DNA from: Brevibacterium luteolum
GTDB taxonomy: Bacteria; Actinomycetota; Actinomycetes; Actinomycetales; Brevibacteriaceae
Assembly (NCBI RefSeq): GCF_013004595.1
Contig: NZ_JABEMC010000001.1
Location: forward strand, 62,001-126,000
Direction: 5' to 3'
Length of the DNA stretch: 64,000 bases
How positions within the stretch are numbered: position 1 is the stretch's first letter; each line of letters opens with the position of its first letter. Under the pieces are notes generated by a model. It ran no database searches, was not told where the DNA came from, and saw only the letters and a list, made by a program, of their open reading frames with translations. A program made the translations under genes and the position numbers. This document shows, piece by piece, positions 57,157 to 64,000 of the stretch.

Positions 57157-58284
57157 ATGAGTGAAAAGTTCCGCCTGCGCCCTGCCCTCAAGACCACGCC
57201 GGCCTACGTGCCGGGCAAGCCGCCGAAGGCCACCGAGGGTCTCAAGACCTTCAAACTGTCCTCCAACGAGCACCACATGGATCCGCTGCCGGCCGTCGCC
57301 GAGGCGATCGCCGCCGGTGGCCGCGCCCCAGCCAGCTATGCAGACCCCTCGGTCGCTGAGCTCACCGCCGCGCTCGCCGACCACCTCGGCGTCAGCGCTG
57401 ATGCCGTGCTGTTCTCCGCCGGGGCCTCCGAGATGCTCAAGGCCCTCTTCCACATCGCCGTCGACCCCGGTGACGAGGTCGTCTACCCATGGCCGTCCTT
57501 CGAGATGTACCCGCAGCTGGCCAACCTGTGCGGGGCGACCCACCAGCGCATCAGCGTCGATGCCGACGGCCGCCACGATCTGCCGGCGATGGCCGCTGCG
57601 ATCTCCGAGCGCACCCGGCTCGTGATCCTGTGCACCCCGAACAACCCGACCGGCCCGGCGCTGCGCCAGGACGAGTTCGACGCCTTCATGGCCCAGGTGC
57701 CCTCCGATGTCATCGTCGTCCTCGACGAGGCCTACATCGACTTCTGCGACGCCGAAGACGCCGCAGACGGGCTGGCAGCGCTCGGCCAGCACCCGAACCT
57801 CGTGCTGCTGCGCACCTTCTCCAAGTCCTACGGACTGGCCGGGCTGCGGGTCGGTTATGCGGTGGCTGATCCCGAGCTCATCATGGAGCTGCGCAAGTCG
57901 ATCCTGCCGTTCTCCGTCAGCGCCTCCGCCCAGCAGGCTGCGCTCGTCTCGCTCAAGCACAGCCAGGATATGGAGGTCCGCGCCAAGGAGGTCGCTCGGC
58001 TGCGTGATGACCTGGCTGCAGGGCTGCGCGGTCTCGGCTACGAGGTCTTCGAGGCCCACGGCAATTTCGTGTGGCTCAACCTCGCGGAGCGCTCCGACGA
58101 CTTCGAGGCCGCCTGCCTGGAGGCCGGGCTGGCCGTGCGCAACCTCAAGGACGGGGTGCGGATCTCCGTGGGCCCGGCCGAGGCGATGCAGCGGGTGCTG
58201 CAGGTCGCCGGTGACTTCGCCGCCGACGGCGGCGCGGTCACCGACGCCGGTGCCCCGGACAAGGCAGAGGGAGCACCGAAGTGA
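57157..58284 (+). CDS. hisC: Histidinol-phosphate/aromatic aminotransferase (stand-alone, possibly the pat paralogue)
   Basis: KLSSNE, PNNPTG, DEAY, RTFSKSYGLAGLRVG. Confidence 0.85.
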   Translation: MSEKFRLRPALKTTPAYVPGKPPKATEGLKTFKLSSNEHHMDPLPAVAEAIAAGGRAPASYADPSVAELTAALADHLGVSADAVLFSAGASEMLKALFHIAVDPGDEVVYPWPSFEMYPQLANLCGATHQRISVDADGRHDLPAMAAAISERTRLVILCTPNNPTGPALRQDEFDAFMAQVPSDVIVVLDEAYIDFCDAEDAADGLAALGQHPNLVLLRTFSKSYGLAGLRVGYAVADPELIMELRKSILPFSVSASAQQAALVSLKHSQDMEVRAKEVARLRDDLAAGLRGLGYEVFEAHGNFVWLNLAERSDDFEAACLEAGLAVRNLKDGVRISVGPAEAMQRVLQVAGDFAADGGAVTDAGAPDKAEGAPK

Positions 58285-59732
58285 CCGCCGCCCACGAGAC
58301 CGCTGAGCAGGCGGTGGACAAGACAGGCGCCGATGTGCCGCTCGATGAGCTGGCCGCCGAACTGAGCGCCGGCGCGCTCGTGACCGACCGCGACGTCATC
58401 GGCACCTACTCGAAGGACTGGGCGCTGTTCTCCCACGTCGGTGAGGCCGCAGCGCTCGTGCGCGCGGCCTCAGTCGAGGATGTGCAGGCGACCCTGCGGT
58501 TCGCCACCGCCCACCGCATCCCGGTCGTCCCGCAGGGTGCCCGCACCGGGCTGTCCGGCGGGGCGAACGCCGTCGAGGGCTGTCTGCTGCTGTCGGTGGC
58601 AAAGATGAACGAGATCGTCGAGATCAACACCGTCGAACAGACCTGCACCGTCCAGCCCGGCGTCATCAACCAGGACCTCAAGAAGGCCCTGACCCAGTAC
58701 GGACTGTCCTACCCGCCGGATCCCGGCTCGGTGGCGATCTCCTCGATCGGCGGCAACGTCGCGACCAACGCCGGTGGCCTGTGCTGCGTGAAATACGGCG
58801 TCACCCGCGACTACGTCCGCAGCCTCACCGTCGTGCTCGCCGACGGGCAGGTCACCCGCGTCGGCCGGCCCACCCGGAAGGGCGTGGCCGGGCTCGAGCT
58901 CTCCCAGCTGTTCATCGGCTCCGAGGGCACGCTGGGGGTCATCGTCGAGATCACCCTCGACCTCATCCCCGCCCTGCCCGACCCGCTCACGGCGATCGCG
59001 CTGTTCCCCGAGGCAGCCGATGCCGCGAGCACAGTCTGCGATTTCATGGCCACCGGCGCCCGGCCCTCGATGCTCGAGTACCTCGACGGCACCTCGATCG
59101 ACATGATCAACGACTACGGCGACTTCGGCCTGCCCTCAGGCATGGGTGCGATGCTGCTCGTGCAGTCCAACGGCGACGGCAGCTTAGAGCATGCGACCGA
59201 GGAGATGGAGACCTTCACCCGGGTCGCCAACGCCTGCAACGCCGCCGAGGTCGTCTTCAGCGAAGACCCGGCTGACTCCGAACTCCTCGTCGCCGCCCGG
59301 CGCGCGGTCGGCCCGGCCGGGGAGAAGTATGCCAACGCTCATGGTGGCGGCGAGCTCATCGACGACGTGTGCATCCCGCGCGGGAAGATGCGCGAGTTCT
59401 TCACCCGCCTCGACGGCATCCGCGCTGAGCACCCGCATGTGCTCATCTCCAATGCCGGGCACGCAGGCGACGGCAACATGCACCCGTGTGTGTTCTTCGA
59501 CGCAGGTGTCGAAGAGGCCACCGAGCAGGCGCTTGCCGCGTTCGACGCGATCATGGCACTCGGCCTCGAGCTCGGCGGCACCATCACCGGTGAGCACGGG
59601 GTGGGCTATCTGAAGAAGGAGTGGCTGGCCCGCGAACTCGATCCGGTGACCCGCGCCATGCACCTGAAGATCAAGGATGCCCTCGACCCGCTCGGCATCC
59701 TCAACCCCGGCAAGATGCTCGGCGTACTGTGA
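58281..59732 (+). CDS. FAD-linked oxidase (GlcD/D-lactate dehydrogenase family)
   Basis: GARTGLSGG, IGGNVATNAGG, GSEGTLG, HAGDGNMH, GEHGVG, LNPGK. Confidence 0.92.
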   Translation: MTAAHETAEQAVDKTGADVPLDELAAELSAGALVTDRDVIGTYSKDWALFSHVGEAAALVRAASVEDVQATLRFATAHRIPVVPQGARTGLSGGANAVEGCLLLSVAKMNEIVEINTVEQTCTVQPGVINQDLKKALTQYGLSYPPDPGSVAISSIGGNVATNAGGLCCVKYGVTRDYVRSLTVVLADGQVTRVGRPTRKGVAGLELSQLFIGSEGTLGVIVEITLDLIPALPDPLTAIALFPEAADAASTVCDFMATGARPSMLEYLDGTSIDMINDYGDFGLPSGMGAMLLVQSNGDGSLEHATEEMETFTRVANACNAAEVVFSEDPADSELLVAARRAVGPAGEKYANAHGGGELIDDVCIPRGKMREFFTRLDGIRAEHPHVLISNAGHAGDGNMHPCVFFDAGVEEATEQALAAFDAIMALGLELGGTITGEHGVGYLKKEWLARELDPVTRAMHLKIKDALDPLGILNPGKMLGVL

Positions 59733-59739
59733 GCTGAGG

Positions 59740-60363
59740 ATGCAGGCGGTGACGCTGACGGCCGGCCTGGCCCTGGGATTCGCCTTCGGCCAGGCCGCCC
59801 GCCGCCTCGCCTGCCTGCCTGAGTCCTCCGCGTCCGAGGCGGTGCTGCCCGGTGATGACCTGCTGCCTGCCGCGCCGGTCCAGGTGGATCGGGTCGTGGC
59901 GATCGCTGCCGCTCCCGAGGCGGTGTGGCCGCGGATCGCTCAGCTCGGTCAGCACAGGGCCGGGTTCTACACACTGCCGGTGATCGACCAGGCGATCGGC
60001 TGCGATTCTGAGGCTGCTAAGCGCATCCACCCGGAATGGCAGGACGTGCACGCAGGCGACGCCTTCCCGGTGGCCCCATTCATCACCCTGCGGGTAGCGG
60101 CGGTGAGTCCGGGGGAGTGCCTCGTCGTCACCACCTGCGGTGGGACGATCGCCACGCTTGTCCGCGAGTTCTGCGCTGTCAATTCGTCGTGGGCGGTGGT
60201 GCTGCGCCCTGACGCAGTGGCCACCCGCCTGCACGTGCGCGCTCGCTGGCAGCCGCACGATACCCGCGCAGCCCGGCTGTTGCCGGTCATCCGTGTCGTC
60301 ACAGCGGTGATGTCGGCATTGTCCCTGCGGCGCATCCGCGCGCTCGCCACCCAGAACGCCTGA
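59740..60363 (+). CDS. SRPBCC-like protein
   Basis: LPGDDLL, IAAAPEAVWP.IAQLGQ.RAGFY, IHPEWQ. Confidence 0.75.
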   Translation: MQAVTLTAGLALGFAFGQAARRLACLPESSASEAVLPGDDLLPAAPVQVDRVVAIAAAPEAVWPRIAQLGQHRAGFYTLPVIDQAIGCDSEAAKRIHPEWQDVHAGDAFPVAPFITLRVAAVSPGECLVVTTCGGTIATLVREFCAVNSSWAVVLRPDAVATRLHVRARWQPHDTRAARLLPVIRVVTAVMSALSLRRIRALATQNA

Positions 60364-60399
60364 GCCACCCACCGAGCGGCGCCCCAGCGCACCTTGATC

Positions 60400-61232
60400 T
60401 CAGATGAACTCGCCGGCGCCGATCCGGTTGCTGATTGCCCCAATCCCCGAGATCTCGACTGAAACCTCGTCGCCGGGTGCCAGCCACCGCTCATCGGCCA
60501 TCCCGACACCTGCCGGGGTGCCGCTGAGGATGAGGTCGCCGGGTTCGAGCGTGATGATCGTCGACAGGTACGCCACGAGCTCCGCCGGTCCGAAGACGAG
60601 ATCGCCGGTCGAATCCTGCTGCCGGACCTCCCCGTTCACCCGCGTCGTCAGCGTCGCAGCCGCCGGATCGAACTCATCGGCGGTCACCACCACCGGCCCG
60701 ACAGCGGAGGAGGCCTCCCACATCTTGCCCTGCAGCCACTGCTGGGTGCGCAGCTGATATCCGCGCATCGAGAAGTCATTGGCCACCGTGTACCCCGCGA
60801 TGTAGCAGCCGCCGCGGCAGTGCTCGCCCGCCGGACCTGCGTGCCGATGACGATCGCCAGCTCGCCTTCGAAATCGAGCTTCTCGTCCTCCTGCGGGGCG
60901 GTGATCTCCGCGCCGGGGTCGGTGAGCGAACGGGCGAACTTCGCAAACACCGTCGGAAACTCCGGGGTGTCCATCCCGACCTCGGCGATGTGATTGCGAT
61001 AGTTCAGGCCGATGCACAGCACCTTCGCCGGATTCAGCACCGGCCGCAGCGTGGCCGCCTCGTCTGCGGGGATCGCCGGCGCCGAGGCGGTGCGCGCCTG
61101 CTCAAGACCATCCGCGGCGGCGAGCAGCTGGCCGACATCAGCGAAACCGTGCACGGGCACATATCCCTCATCGGTCAGCCGTGCCGCGGTCGTTCCGCCG
61201 GTTGCAGTCAGGGTGATCGTCGCCAGTCTCAT
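60400..61232 (-). pseudogene. Fumarylacetoacetate hydrolase family protein, frameshifted near 60806
   Basis: N-half (CIGLNY, FAKF, DFEGEL) and C-half (IAGYTVANDFS, QWLQGK, GDLILSGTPAGVG) are in different frames. Confidence 0.85.
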
Positions 61233-61306
61233 GGTGTCCTCCGTCGCTCATGCCGCAGGGACTGCGGCGCCGGTGCCGATACTCGCACCATATATTCCAT
61301 CGTTAG

Positions 61307-64000
<2,694 letters not shown>

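Overview
High-GC actinobacterial chromosome (Micrococcales/Brevibacterium-like gene content; this is an inference). Bases 1-22448 are the right part of a siphovirus-type prophage. In order it contains the capsid C-terminus, head-tail joining genes, the major tail protein, a tail chaperone pair joined by a -1 frameshift, a 2063-aa tape measure protein with two predicted wall-hydrolase domains, minor tail/fibre genes and a lysis cassette. After that come a leftward cargo pair (lipoprotein + membrane protein), a short arm-less tyrosine integrase ending in -LAA, an unknown 91-aa ORF, and attR, which is the 3' half of a tRNA-Arg gene. Read on the minus strand through the att core, the sequence encodes an orphan peptide tail (DSNPQPSDP-KVAVLSAIRHLSPALPHPSAA*). 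This is the signature of an integration-dependent immunity switch, here with an extra gene placed between the repressor tail and int. The rest is host DNA: actP/DUF485, an ExeM/NucH nuclease, a cupin, putA, a degenerate IS630 transposase fused to a GntR regulator, acetoacetate-CoA ligase, an LPXTG protein with a probable thioester domain, mqo, PrsW, MarP and an EEP protein. It continues with a wHTH regulator with a Met/Cys leader peptide, REP-like palindromes, upp, tadA, tRNA-Ser(CGA), six glycosyltransferases, pncA, two aminotransferases, an FAD oxidase, a frameshifted FAH gene, tgt and DUF2079. All family assignments come from motif recognition by eye; no database searches were run.
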